64,000 nt of DNA, from positions 11,315 through 75,314 of the forward strand of contig JAFTUK010000007.1 of NCBI GenBank assembly GCA_017466325.1, given 5' to 3'. The translations under genes were made by a program, and so were the position numbers. The number at the start of each line of letters is the position of its first letter. Position 1 is the first letter of the stretch. Shown piece by piece: positions 19,108 through 28,026 of the stretch. Below the pieces are notes generated by a model. The model had not been told where the DNA came from. It made no database searches and was given only the letters and a program-made list of their open reading frames with translations. The DNA is from Bacteroidaceae bacterium. GTDB lineage: Bacteria > Bacteroidota > Bacteroidia > Bacteroidales > Bacteroidaceae.

Positions 19108-19149
19108 CTCATAATCTGGAGGTCCCTGGTTCAAGCCCAGGCTGGTCCA
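19108..19149 (+). other. 3' half of a tRNA (CAU anticodon loop, Met/Ile2-like): probable att core left by island integration
   Basis: The order is ctcataa (anticodon loop), tctgg, aggtc (variable loop), cctgg-ttcaagc-ccagg (T arm), ctggtcc (acceptor 3' strand), then a. There is no matching 5' acceptor strand or D arm upstream. Confidence 0.6.
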
Positions 19150-19155
19150 CAAAAA

Positions 19156-19187
19156 AGAATCGCCCAAATGGCGGTTCTTTTTGTTTT
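19156..19187 (+). terminator. Rho-independent terminator following the tRNA remnant
   Basis: agaatcgcc-caaat-ggcggttct (9-bp stem with one G-U pair) followed by ttttgtttt. Confidence 0.6.
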
Positions 19188-19454
19188 AAGGGCCTGGACT
19201 TTCACCGCTGGTTATCTCCTTCGTTCGTGGCTCGCTCCAACTTCATTTACGCCTCATAACGATGCCGTCCGCACCTTTTTGAGATTCATTCCCTGTCGTA
19301 TTTTATGCCTTTTCGAGATTTTATACAAGAAGTCTATTGAAAAAACATAAGTAACTTGCTTGCTTTAGGTCAACAAAGGTAAGGAGGGTTTAGCCAGAAC
19401 AACACTATGCAAAAGTTACAAGAACGATACGCATAAGCAAAAAGGACACTTCCT

Positions 19455-19560
19455 ATAAAATAAATCCAATATTGTGGAGTATTGTACCAAGCATTGCGTA
19501 GCATTGTACTAAACGTTAAGTATAATTGTACTCAATATTGGGTACAATTTTATAAACACG
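19455..19560 (-). repeat. Dispersed ~105-bp repeat, copy A (helically phased ATTGTAC submotifs)
   Basis: The reverse complement aligns by eye with 30404-30510, e.g. ttagtacaatgctacgcaatgcttggtacaatactcc versus ttaggataatgctactgaatgttaggcacaatactcc. Confidence 0.6.
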
Positions 19561-19572
19561 TATTTCACATAT

Positions 19573-20033
19573 TTATTTCCTTGTCTTAATACTTTTAGTA
19601 AGCGTTCCTAGCGCTTTTAGGACAGAGTTGTGTTTGTACTCAAATTGCTCATTAGAATGTAAGATTTTGGGGTACATATCGTATCTGTTGTAGGTTTGAC
19701 CTGATGGTCTTAGCCTACATTCAAAATAGAATTGCTTTAGCCAATGGTATCCTGAATCATGATATAGTATGATGATAAGCATGATTTCTGCCTTTGAGAA
19801 AGTAGATACCCGATGATAGGAATACTTTATAGTGTTCTTTTGCGTATATCTTGCCGTCATTATGTCAAAAAGCATGCAAAATGTATCTGCCAGAAAGAAT
19901 AATTTTATAACTTTGTCTGTGGTAATCATAACAATTATTCTTTATAATACTTTGTATATAAGCACTATAAAGATGCAGCAATTTCGCTAATAGCTATATT
20001 TATAAGTAGTTATAATTCGTTGAACTCACGTTA
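19573..20033 (-). mobile_element. IS982-family element remnant (left end plus a truncated 118-aa transposase N-terminus)
   Basis: ORF 19573..19929 MITTDKVIKLFFLADTFCMLFD..SKAEIMLIIILYHDSGY resembles IS982 transposase N-termini. The ~110-bp end sequence is homologous to 50017-50125. Confidence 0.55.
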
Positions 20034-20050
20034 AATAGAAATTCTATGTC

Positions 20051-21067
20051 ATGAATCAAGAGAAAGAATATAGTATGTCTTTTTTGATAGAAGACTTAAC
20101 TTATGATACGAAAAACAATATTGTTGAAGCGGTTGATTCGAAAGGTAAAACCATGGCTGTAGACACTTGGAAATATGCTACTTACTTTTTTGAGAATATA
20201 CAACGGAAATACATTTCAGAACAGCGTGTTTTTCTTGATGGATTGCGATTAGATAAGTTCGTGGAAATTTTCATAAGAGATAAACATCATCATAAGATAT
20301 ATACATTCTTGACAAATAAAAATTTATGCATTCTTCATCAGGAGATGCAAGAAATACATGCTACACACATAAATTTGGTTGCGTTATATGGACTTTGCGC
20401 ATATATACGAGAAATAATAAGTCGTAGATATGCACTCCTCTTAAAACCTACATTGAAGGATACTATCGAAGAGATTGGAGGTCTGGATAATTTGGAAAGT
20501 GTAACATTTAACCTTAAGAATGGCAATAAGCATAAAACAGACTTTTGCGAGGTTAAGAAATTGCTTTTTGAGAGTCTGGAAAGTAGCGATTTGTCAACTA
20601 TAGGTTATCATAGGATAGTGAAAAAAGTTGATGTTTACACAAAAGAATATGGGCAGATAGAGTTTGTACGATATATCTCAAAATTCTTACATGTGTATTT
20701 CAGTTCTATAAAACGAAGAAGGAATAGTTATCTTACAACGACTGAACAAAAGTTGGTATGTTTTCTACTTAATTTTTTTGATTTTGCTCCTGAAATTGTA
20801 ACGACATCCCGATTTAGACAACTTTTTAACAATAAGTATGAAGAGGTTGACCACATATTTCCTCTCTCTATTCCTGGTTTATTAAAAACAAAATTAGAAC
20901 TCTATTTAGAGTTTATTCCTTATTGCATCTGGAGTAGAGGGGATATAAACCCTCTAAAAGAAAAAGAATTGCATAAAGAGGCTTGGGTAAACCACTTCAC
21001 TATACAAATGGGGGAAATGCCAAATATCTCAGCACTAGTAGAATTGATAGATGGTATAGTTGGATAA
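20051..21067 (+). CDS. Hypothetical protein
   Basis: 338-aa AT-rich ORF that starts 18 nt from the IS remnant end. No motif recognised. Confidence 0.5.
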   Translation: MNQEKEYSMSFLIEDLTYDTKNNIVEAVDSKGKTMAVDTWKYATYFFENIQRKYISEQRVFLDGLRLDKFVEIFIRDKHHHKIYTFLTNKNLCILHQEMQEIHATHINLVALYGLCAYIREIISRRYALLLKPTLKDTIEEIGGLDNLESVTFNLKNGNKHKTDFCEVKKLLFESLESSDLSTIGYHRIVKKVDVYTKEYGQIEFVRYISKFLHVYFSSIKRRRNSYLTTTEQKLVCFLLNFFDFAPEIVTTSRFRQLFNNKYEEVDHIFPLSIPGLLKTKLELYLEFIPYCIWSRGDINPLKEKELHKEAWVNHFTIQMGEMPNISALVELIDGIVG

Positions 21068-21093
21068 AACAACCATATTTTGTTAATTATTGA

Positions 21094-21140
21094 TGGGTGG
21101 TAGGAACTAACAGTTTATTTCTTCCGCCCATATTTTTTTA
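21094..21140 (+). terminator. Possible terminator after the 338-aa ORF
   Basis: tgggtgg...ccgccca stem with a large loop, followed by tattttttt. Confidence 0.35.
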
Positions 21141-21196
21141 TGTCTAACTTTGCGCCATCAAAACAAATAGATGTTAAACTTTAATTGATAGAATAT

Positions 21197-22381
21197 ATGA
21201 ATACTGAAAGAATATCCAGAATCAAAGAGATTGTATCTCAGAGCATGAGAGAAGATGGTTGGACGCCAATGTCAACCATTGGTTTGAAACTTATCGCTCA
21301 AGGAATTGACGTCAAAGAAGATGGTTTCGTTAAATTGAAACCTTTCTTTGAGTCATTAAGTGACCATTTTATTATTGATATTGATGAACAAAGTCGTTTG
21401 CCATTGGTTAAGTGTAGTTATATGACAGCTACAAATTCTGTTCCCAATATCAAAAAGAACTCGAAATGTAAAAAAGGAGAAATAATGCATTTAACTCAAT
21501 GGGCGAATATAAACCAAATGAGTGCTATCGAGACATTGAAGAATATGGCACTTCCTGAACGTTGGACGTACAGCGTTGAGGATAAAAATTACCCAAATCC
21601 AATTCTTGCCAAGTACTTGAAATGGACTTTTGTGAAACTTATGAAGGATGACAAAATCCTGTATTCAAATGACTACGCCTCTTTCAATACAGGATTGGTA
21701 GATAAGTTCTACAAACCGATATATGCAGTTTTTGATAAAAACAAGTTTAATAAACAACCTTGGCATTTTTTAGACTTTTGTGTAGCAGGAAGTAGTACTG
21801 TCGCTGCAAGAAAGTTGACGGACAACTTTTCTCATCTACCAGAAAGAGCATCATATATACAAAATTATGACGATGTGATTTATGACACATCACTCCCTGT
21901 TGATGTAAATTGGGAACACATCATCTTAGAAAATATCGATAGAATGCCAACTGAACTTCTTCGTCAAGTCTGCTTTGGCTCTTTTGAGGTTCTTGATCAG
22001 TCTCAGATTAGGGATAATGACAAATTGAGTTACTATGATGAACTAAGAAATTTTTTGGAGTCAAATCCTATGCGATTGTCTATCATTTCAAGCATGATGG
22101 GGATGGCGGTTGAAACAGCAAAGCATCGAGTAGCATGGAATTATAAGACGGCAATACCTGTGTATTATCCTAAAGATGACTCCGTGCATTTGATTTTACC
22201 TTTGGCTTTAAACATTAATGAACCAGAGGAAATCTCAATCGCACTGGTAATGACCAAAACGCCTTCAGGTCGGTATCGTGCAGTTACCATCTTTACATTA
22301 GATATGGCATATAGTAATGCTAGATTGGTTACGAAACCTTCAAGTGATTGGTTAATAGCAGAGTCAATTAATTCATTATAA
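21197..22381 (+). CDS. OST-HTH/LOTUS-like N-terminal domain + DUF3825-like C-terminal domain protein
   Basis: ISRIKEIVSQSMREDGWTPMSTIGLKLIAQGIDVKEDGFVKLKPFFES is LOTUS-like. LAKYLKWTFVKLMKDDKI..FNTGLVDKFYKPIYAVF resembles DUF3825, recalled from memory. I prefer the ATG at 21197 over the tracked TTG at 21185. Confidence 0.5.
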   Translation: MNTERISRIKEIVSQSMREDGWTPMSTIGLKLIAQGIDVKEDGFVKLKPFFESLSDHFIIDIDEQSRLPLVKCSYMTATNSVPNIKKNSKCKKGEIMHLTQWANINQMSAIETLKNMALPERWTYSVEDKNYPNPILAKYLKWTFVKLMKDDKILYSNDYASFNTGLVDKFYKPIYAVFDKNKFNKQPWHFLDFCVAGSSTVAARKLTDNFSHLPERASYIQNYDDVIYDTSLPVDVNWEHIILENIDRMPTELLRQVCFGSFEVLDQSQIRDNDKLSYYDELRNFLESNPMRLSIISSMMGMAVETAKHRVAWNYKTAIPVYYPKDDSVHLILPLALNINEPEEISIALVMTKTPSGRYRAVTIFTLDMAYSNARLVTKPSSDWLIAESINSL

Positions 22382-22403
22382 ATCATATGATAGAATAATC
22401 GCT

Positions 22404-22595
22404 ATGAAGAAAATTGACAGCAAAAGTATAGAATTAACAGGGTTGCAAAGACTTACACAAGTCCAACTTATCAATATAATTTTAAGAAAGGATGAATTAG
22501 AGAAACAACTGAGTTCAGAAGTAAAGAAACTTCACAAGGCAAATAGACAACTTAGAGAGTTGATTGAAGAAATGTATTGTTTAATGAATCAATAA
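22404..22595 (+). CDS. Small coiled-coil protein
   Basis: 63-aa ORF in an operon context. The sequence is heptad-like and charged. Confidence 0.4.
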   Translation: MKKIDSKSIELTGLQRLTQVQLINIILRKDELEKQLSSEVKKLHKANRQLRELIEEMYCLMNQ

Positions 22596-22607
22596 AATAT
22601 AGAAATC

Positions 22608-23243
22608 ATGGATAGAATTACATGTGAAGATTATCTAAAAAAAAATGGAAGTGTTCATTGTGGTATGATTGCCAATAGCAATCTCATTGATAGAATGGAA
22701 ATATACGGATTTGTAAATGCTTGCAAGGACGAAGATATGTATAACGATGTTTATGCCGGACATATTCTCAATGGCATTGTGAACAAGGAACCAAAGCATC
22801 AAATTGTTTTGTCAAATTATATTTATCAGGTAACCACTCACTATAGAGGTAAAGAAATTACAAGAGAAGGCATGGCTATTCCTGTCTTTCAGTCACTCGT
22901 GGTATCTGAATCTGAAGGTCAATACAATGTAGAAGACTTGTATGTTCCTTCATTGGTAGGAAAGGAACTATATCGCAAGATTAAGTCACGTCACGGAAAT
23001 GGAGTTCTTGTTCGAGAATATGACTTGGAAAAAGCAAAATTCTCCTCACATATTAAAGCGATTGAGGGAAGGGCAATACTAAATGCACCAAAAGCACATA
23101 TTCAATTCATTGACAAAGACGGTGAGGTAAAGAGTATTGCTGAGAATATTATGGTGGTATGTCGTTATCTACATACAGAAACAGGAACAATGTGTTATAC
23201 GCAGTATAATCTTACAGAAGTTTTTGTTGATGACGTACATTGA
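22608..23243 (+). CDS. Hypothetical protein
   Basis: 211-aa ORF lying 12 nt after the previous stop. Confidence 0.5.
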   Translation: MDRITCEDYLKKNGSVHCGMIANSNLIDRMEIYGFVNACKDEDMYNDVYAGHILNGIVNKEPKHQIVLSNYIYQVTTHYRGKEITREGMAIPVFQSLVVSESEGQYNVEDLYVPSLVGKELYRKIKSRHGNGVLVREYDLEKAKFSSHIKAIEGRAILNAPKAHIQFIDKDGEVKSIAENIMVVCRYLHTETGTMCYTQYNLTEVFVDDVH

Positions 23244-23649
23244 GCATTTGGATGATAAGTTCAACTTTGGCAAGTTTGCAAGATGTACATTTGCTGAAGT
23301 TGTTGAATATAACCCAGAATATATTTCATGGGTAGTTGAAAATGTGAGCGGAGCGATATGCGTCTTTGCTGATTCTGTTATAGAAGAACTCCGATTGCTA
23401 TTTCCCCAGTTTGAAATCTCCCCTGCTTTTGAAGCAATGCGAAATCAGCGAATTGCTGAATATGAATATATGGAAGAAGGCTACAACGAAAATGAGGATT
23501 TTTATGATCATCGTTTCAATGACGAATGCGAACTTCCTACATATGAACGATATGCTGGGTCATATGCACAGAACGAAATGGGGTATAGTGATGATGACAT
23601 AGACACTATATTTGACGGGGACGCTTCTGCTTATTGGAATATAGATTAG
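23230..23649 (+). CDS. Hypothetical protein with an acidic C-terminal ..SYAQNEMGYSDDDIDTIFDGDASAYWNID tail
   Basis: An internal ATG at 23230 overlaps the previous stop by 14 nt. The upstream part of tracked ORF 23137.. overlaps the 211-aa gene. Confidence 0.5.
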   Translation: MTYIEHLDDKFNFGKFARCTFAEVVEYNPEYISWVVENVSGAICVFADSVIEELRLLFPQFEISPAFEAMRNQRIAEYEYMEEGYNENEDFYDHRFNDECELPTYERYAGSYAQNEMGYSDDDIDTIFDGDASAYWNID

Positions 23650-23781
23650 GGATAGTTGCGAAACATATTTAAAAAGTAACAAGTAGATCATCAGAGTTAT
23701 AAATATCCTGTATCTTAGCAATAGGAAATTAAAAATCCTCCGAACACCAGGGAAAAGTGAATATCGGAGCAAAAATAACTC

Positions 23782-24009
23782 ATGGAAAAGGTACTAAATT
23801 TATCTGGCATTCAACAGGAGATGACATTTACAGAGTTTGATTTTTATCAGCGATACGAAGAGAACTTCAAGTCTTCAGCACTTGGACGTATCAACTTTTC
23901 TCTCGCAAGGCCATTTTTACTTTCGCTAAACGTGCAAAAAGGAGCCAAAATGACTCCTTTTCACATTAATTTTCCCGATGAACATGCCATATCACGTAGC
24001 AACGCATAG
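23782..24009 (+). pseudogene. Possible transposase N-terminal remnant
   Basis: MEKVLNLSGIQQEMTFTEFDFYQRYEENFKSSALGRI resembles Bacteroidales IS transposase N-termini (from memory only). It is truncated at 75 aa. Confidence 0.25.
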
Positions 24010-24408
24010 TGATGTCTGGCATGAGACAATATATTCTCTGGCCTTTGTCGTCGTATTGTTTGAGCACTCGCGCCGTCCTCTCGTTCATGTCTTCTTAAAT
24101 AAAAACCATGCACCTCGTTATTCGGATGTCGTTTTTCGCTCACTTATTCGTAACATTGAGACCTTTGTCTCCAAATTACTCACGTTCGGAAATAAAAATA
24201 AAGATTTATTTTGTATTTCGCTCACTTATTCGTAATTTTGCACACGATTTCAATAAACATGTGGATAGATTTGGGCTGCTTGCAACCACAGAAAAAAATG
24301 CTAAAAGGAAAGACCTGCTTGGCACAGGCACAACAGGACTTTGACGCATTCCGCCCTATTTCTTTCCCCATACATTATTAATTAATAACACATTTAATTA
24401 TTAAAACT

Positions 24409-25668
24409 ATGGGTTACCTATTTACTTCCGAATCAGTTTCCGAAGGCCATCCCGACAAGGTGGCCGACCAGATCAGCGATGCCGTGCTGGACAAATTGCT
24501 TGCTTTCGACCCCGAGTCAAAAGTGGCTTGCGAGACTCTCGTAACTACAGGTCAGGTGGTGCTGGCCGGAGAAATCAAGACTCAGGCATACGTTGACCTG
24601 CAGCGCATTGCACGCGAAGTCATCAACCGTATCGGTTACACCAAGAGCGAGTACATGTTCGATGGCAACTCCTGCGGTGTGTTCAGCGCCATACACGAGC
24701 AGAGCAGCGACATCAACCGTGGTGTGGAGCGCGAGGAGCGCGAGAACCAGGGCGCCGGCGACCAGGGCATGATGTTCGGCTATGCCACCAACGAGACAGA
24801 GAACTACATGCCCCTGAGCCTGGACCTGAGCCACCGCCTGTTGCGCGTGCTGGCCGACATACGTCGCGAGGGCAAGGTGATGACCTACCTGCGTCCCGAC
24901 TCCAAGAGCCAGGTTACCCTCGAATACAGCGACGAGAACATACCCGTGCGCATAGATACCATCGTGGTAAGCACCCAGCACGACGAGTTTGCCAGCGACG
25001 AAGCCATGCAACAACAGATACGCCACGACGTCATCAACATTCTCATTCCCCGCGTGAAGGAAACCATCACCAACGGGAACATCCTGGCCCTCTTCAACGA
25101 CGACATCACCTATCACGTGAACCCCACCGGCAAGTTCGTCATCGGCGGGCCTCACGGCGACACAGGCCTGACTGGCCGCAAGATCATCGTTGACCCCTAT
25201 GGCGGCAAGGGCGCACACGGTGGCGGTGCATTCAGCGGCAAGGACCCCTCAAAGGTGGACCGCTCGGCCGCATACGCCGCACGCCACATCGCCAAGAACA
25301 TGGTGGCGGCAGGAGTGGCCGACGAGATGCTGGTGCAGATTTCATACGCCATCGGTGTGGCTCAGCCCGTGAGCATCTGCGTGGATACCTACGGACGTGC
25401 CAAGGTGCAGATGACCGACGGAGAGATTGCCGAGAAGATAAAGGGCATCTTCGACCTGCGCCCCTATGCCATAGAGCAGCGCCTGAAACTGCGCAACCCC
25501 ATCTACGAGGAGACCGCAGCCTACGGACACATGGGACGCGAGCCGCGCATCGTGACAAAGACCTTCGACTCCAACTACAACTGCGGCAAGAAGACCGTGG
25601 AGGTGGAACTCTTCACCTGGGAGAAACTGGACTATGTAGACGAAATACGCAAGGCATTCTCCCTGTAA
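24409..25668 (+). CDS. metK: S-adenosylmethionine synthetase
   Basis: [39 protein letters not shown] and [16 protein letters not shown]. Confidence 0.95.
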   Translation: MGYLFTSESVSEGHPDKVADQISDAVLDKLLAFDPESKVACETLVTTGQVVLAGEIKTQAYVDLQRIAREVINRIGYTKSEYMFDGNSCGVFSAIHEQSSDINRGVEREERENQGAGDQGMMFGYATNETENYMPLSLDLSHRLLRVLADIRREGKVMTYLRPDSKSQVTLEYSDENIPVRIDTIVVSTQHDEFASDEAMQQQIRHDVINILIPRVKETITNGNILALFNDDITYHVNPTGKFVIGGPHGDTGLTGRKIIVDPYGGKGAHGGGAFSGKDPSKVDRSAAYAARHIAKNMVAAGVADEMLVQISYAIGVAQPVSICVDTYGRAKVQMTDGEIAEKIKGIFDLRPYAIEQRLKLRNPIYEETAAYGHMGREPRIVTKTFDSNYNCGKKTVEVELFTWEKLDYVDEIRKAFSL

Positions 25669-25686
25669 ACACACATAAGTCAAGGC

Positions 25687-26265
25687 ATGAAAAGTATATG
25701 CATATACTGCGCCAGCAGCGACAAGATTCCCGAGAAGTACTTTGAAGCGGCAAGGGAACTGGGCCGCCTGATGGGCGAAAAGGGCATGACGCTGGTGAAC
25801 GGAGCAGGCAACATGGGCCTGATGCGTGCCGGTGCCGATGCGTGCATGGAGGCAGGCGGCAAGGCCATAGGCATCATCCCCACGTTCATGATAGAGGAGA
25901 ACTGGCACTATCAGGAAATGACCGAACTGATAGAGACCCCCGACATGCACACCCGCCAGCAGAAGATGGCGGAAATGTCCGATGCCGGCATAGTGCTGGC
26001 AGGAGGTTTCGGCACACTGGCAGAGTTCAGCGAACTCGTCACGTGGAAGCAGTTGGGCATACACCTGAAACCCATCATCCTGCTTAACACCGACGGTTAC
26101 TACGACGAACTGATAGCCTTCCTGCAAAAGGGAATGGAGGAGAACTTCCTGCGCGAAGAACACCTCAGGACCTTTGCCGTGGCATCCACTCCGCAGGAAG
26201 CCCTGGATCTGGCCATGAGCACCCCCATGTGGGACACCAACGTGCGCCGCTTTGCAAAATTGTAA
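25687..26265 (+). CDS. LOG-family (TIGR00730) nucleotide phosphoribohydrolase
   Basis: LVNGAGNMGLM and VLAGGFGTLAEFSELVTW. Confidence 0.85.
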   Translation: MKSICIYCASSDKIPEKYFEAARELGRLMGEKGMTLVNGAGNMGLMRAGADACMEAGGKAIGIIPTFMIEENWHYQEMTELIETPDMHTRQQKMAEMSDAGIVLAGGFGTLAEFSELVTWKQLGIHLKPIILLNTDGYYDELIAFLQKGMEENFLREEHLRTFAVASTPQEALDLAMSTPMWDTNVRRFAKL

Positions 26266-27270
26266 ATGACACTACGCAACGACACGACCAGCACACAATA
26301 CAGCACACCCAGTACCGGAGACAGCGTCCCCGAGTACTGGGTGACACGTGTCGTAAGGCAGATGAAGGGATGCTCCCCTGCCAAAATAGACTCGGTGATA
26401 CAGGCCAACCTGCCTCCAAGAAAGATAAAGTGGAGCCAAAGGCCAGACACGCTGGAGATACCGGGGCTGGAGGGGCGCATAGCATACACCGTGAATCTGC
26501 CCAACTGCTATGAACTGGGCTTTTTCAAGGGGAATGCCCTGCTGCATCCAGAACTTACCGTCAAACCACAGGGAATACCCACAGAACCTGCATCTTATAC
26601 AATACAGGACAGCATAATCAGCACAACCATAATACTGTGCCTCCTATTGCTTTCCATCACAGTCAACCGTACACATTCCTTCCTGAGCCAGCAGGCACAC
26701 GGCTTTTTCCTGTCCCCAAAGCACAACAACGGCCACACGGATGCAAACATAACCATGGGTTACGGGTATGTACTGCTTGCCAATACCGTACTCAGCGCCA
26801 CCGGAGGCATGCTGTTCATGCACTATGCACAGGAACAATACAACCTTTTCATGTGTCCGTTTCCTTCCTACCTGCTGCTGGGGGTATACACGGGCATTTT
26901 CGCTCTGTTCGTTCTTGCAAAAAAGGCATTGTCCGCCTTCATAAACTGGATATTTTTTGATAAAACAAGCAGACAGGAATGGAGGGATTCCTACAACTTC
27001 CTGCTCATACCGGAAGCCGCCGCGCTACTGGTTCTCTGTGCCGTAGCGACATTCCTGCACCTGCCCCAGGAGGCCGTACTCTACTCCGCAATTCTCCTGA
27101 TAGGTATCTTCAAGATTACATTATTATATAAGACATACACCACATTTCTATTCAAAATATATGGTTTTCTGCATTTATTGTCGTACCTTTGTGCCCTTGA
27201 AATCGTCCCCCTCTTATTACTGTGGGTGATTTTAACGGGTGTTACGGAGCATTTGACAATAACGTTTTGA
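26266..27270 (+). CDS. Multi-pass membrane protein (DUF4271-like)
   Basis: The C-terminal half is hydrophobic. It sits upstream of a hemD-like gene, as in other Bacteroidales. Confidence 0.6.
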   Translation: MTLRNDTTSTQYSTPSTGDSVPEYWVTRVVRQMKGCSPAKIDSVIQANLPPRKIKWSQRPDTLEIPGLEGRIAYTVNLPNCYELGFFKGNALLHPELTVKPQGIPTEPASYTIQDSIISTTIILCLLLLSITVNRTHSFLSQQAHGFFLSPKHNNGHTDANITMGYGYVLLANTVLSATGGMLFMHYAQEQYNLFMCPFPSYLLLGVYTGIFALFVLAKKALSAFINWIFFDKTSRQEWRDSYNFLLIPEAAALLVLCAVATFLHLPQEAVLYSAILLIGIFKITLLYKTYTTFLFKIYGFLHLLSYLCALEIVPLLLLWVILTGVTEHLTITF

Positions 27271-27282
27271 CATAGAAAAATA

Positions 27283-28026
27283 ATGATAAAGAAGATACTG
27301 GTTTCACAGCCCAAACCCTCTTCGGAGAAGTCTCCCTACTTCGATATTATGCGCAAGCACGACGTGGAACTGATATTCCGCCCCTTCATCAAGGTAGAAA
27401 GGCTGAGTCCGCGCGAATTCAGGGCACAACGCATAAATATCCTTGACCACACGGCAGTTATCTTTACCAGTCGTCATGCCATAGACAACTTCTTCCTTCT
27501 ATGTCAGGAAATGCGCGTAGAGATTCCTGAAGACATCAAGTACTTCTGCATCACCGAGACAATCTCGCACTACATACAGAAATACGTGCAGTACCGCAAG
27601 CGCAAGGTGTTCTTCGGAGATACAGGCAAGATTGCCGATCTCATGCCAATGATCCAAAAGCACAAGAACGACAAATACTTCATCCCGCAAAGCGATGTTC
27701 ACAGCAGCGAACTGTCAGAACTGCTCGACTCCAAGGGAATATCATATACCAGCGGTGTAATGTACCGCACGGTAAGCAACGACTTCACAAGCGAAGAAGA
27801 GTTTGACTACGACATGCTCGTCTTCTTCAGCCCAAGCGGAATACAGTCACTGCTGAAGAATTTCCCCGACTACGCCCAAGGCGAAACAGCTATTGCCACA
27901 TTCGGTCCTGCCACGGCAAAGAGCGTTACCGACGCAGGATTGCGACTGGACCTGCAGGCACCCACACCTGAATATCCCAGCATCACAGCCGCTCTGGATG
28001 CATACCTGAAACAGCACAATGGATAA
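27283..28026 (+). CDS. hemD: Uroporphyrinogen-III synthase-like protein
   Basis: 247 aa with HEM4-like layout (ILVSQPKP..VIFTSRHAI..VFFSPSGI). Confidence 0.7.
   Translation: MIKKILVSQPKPSSEKSPYFDIMRKHDVELIFRPFIKVERLSPREFRAQRINILDHTAVIFTSRHAIDNFFLLCQEMRVEIPEDIKYFCITETISHYIQKYVQYRKRKVFFGDTGKIADLMPMIQKHKNDKYFIPQSDVHSSELSELLDSKGISYTSGVMYRTVSNDFTSEEEFDYDMLVFFSPSGIQSLLKNFPDYAQGETAIATFGPATAKSVTDAGLRLDLQAPTPEYPSITAALDAYLKQHNG

Noticed and set aside
19076-19149. A complete tRNA gene next to the integrase
   Set aside because: Only the anticodon loop to the 3' acceptor strand is present. The expected 5' acceptor strand (ggaccag) and D arm are absent upstream, so I annotated it as a remnant or att core.
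24240-24408. SAM riboswitch in the metK leader
   Set aside because: A weak resemblance (ugcaacc...augcuaaaagg) to the SAM-I core was noticed. I could not build the four-helix junction or any other SAM-class consensus by eye, so this needs an Infernal scan.
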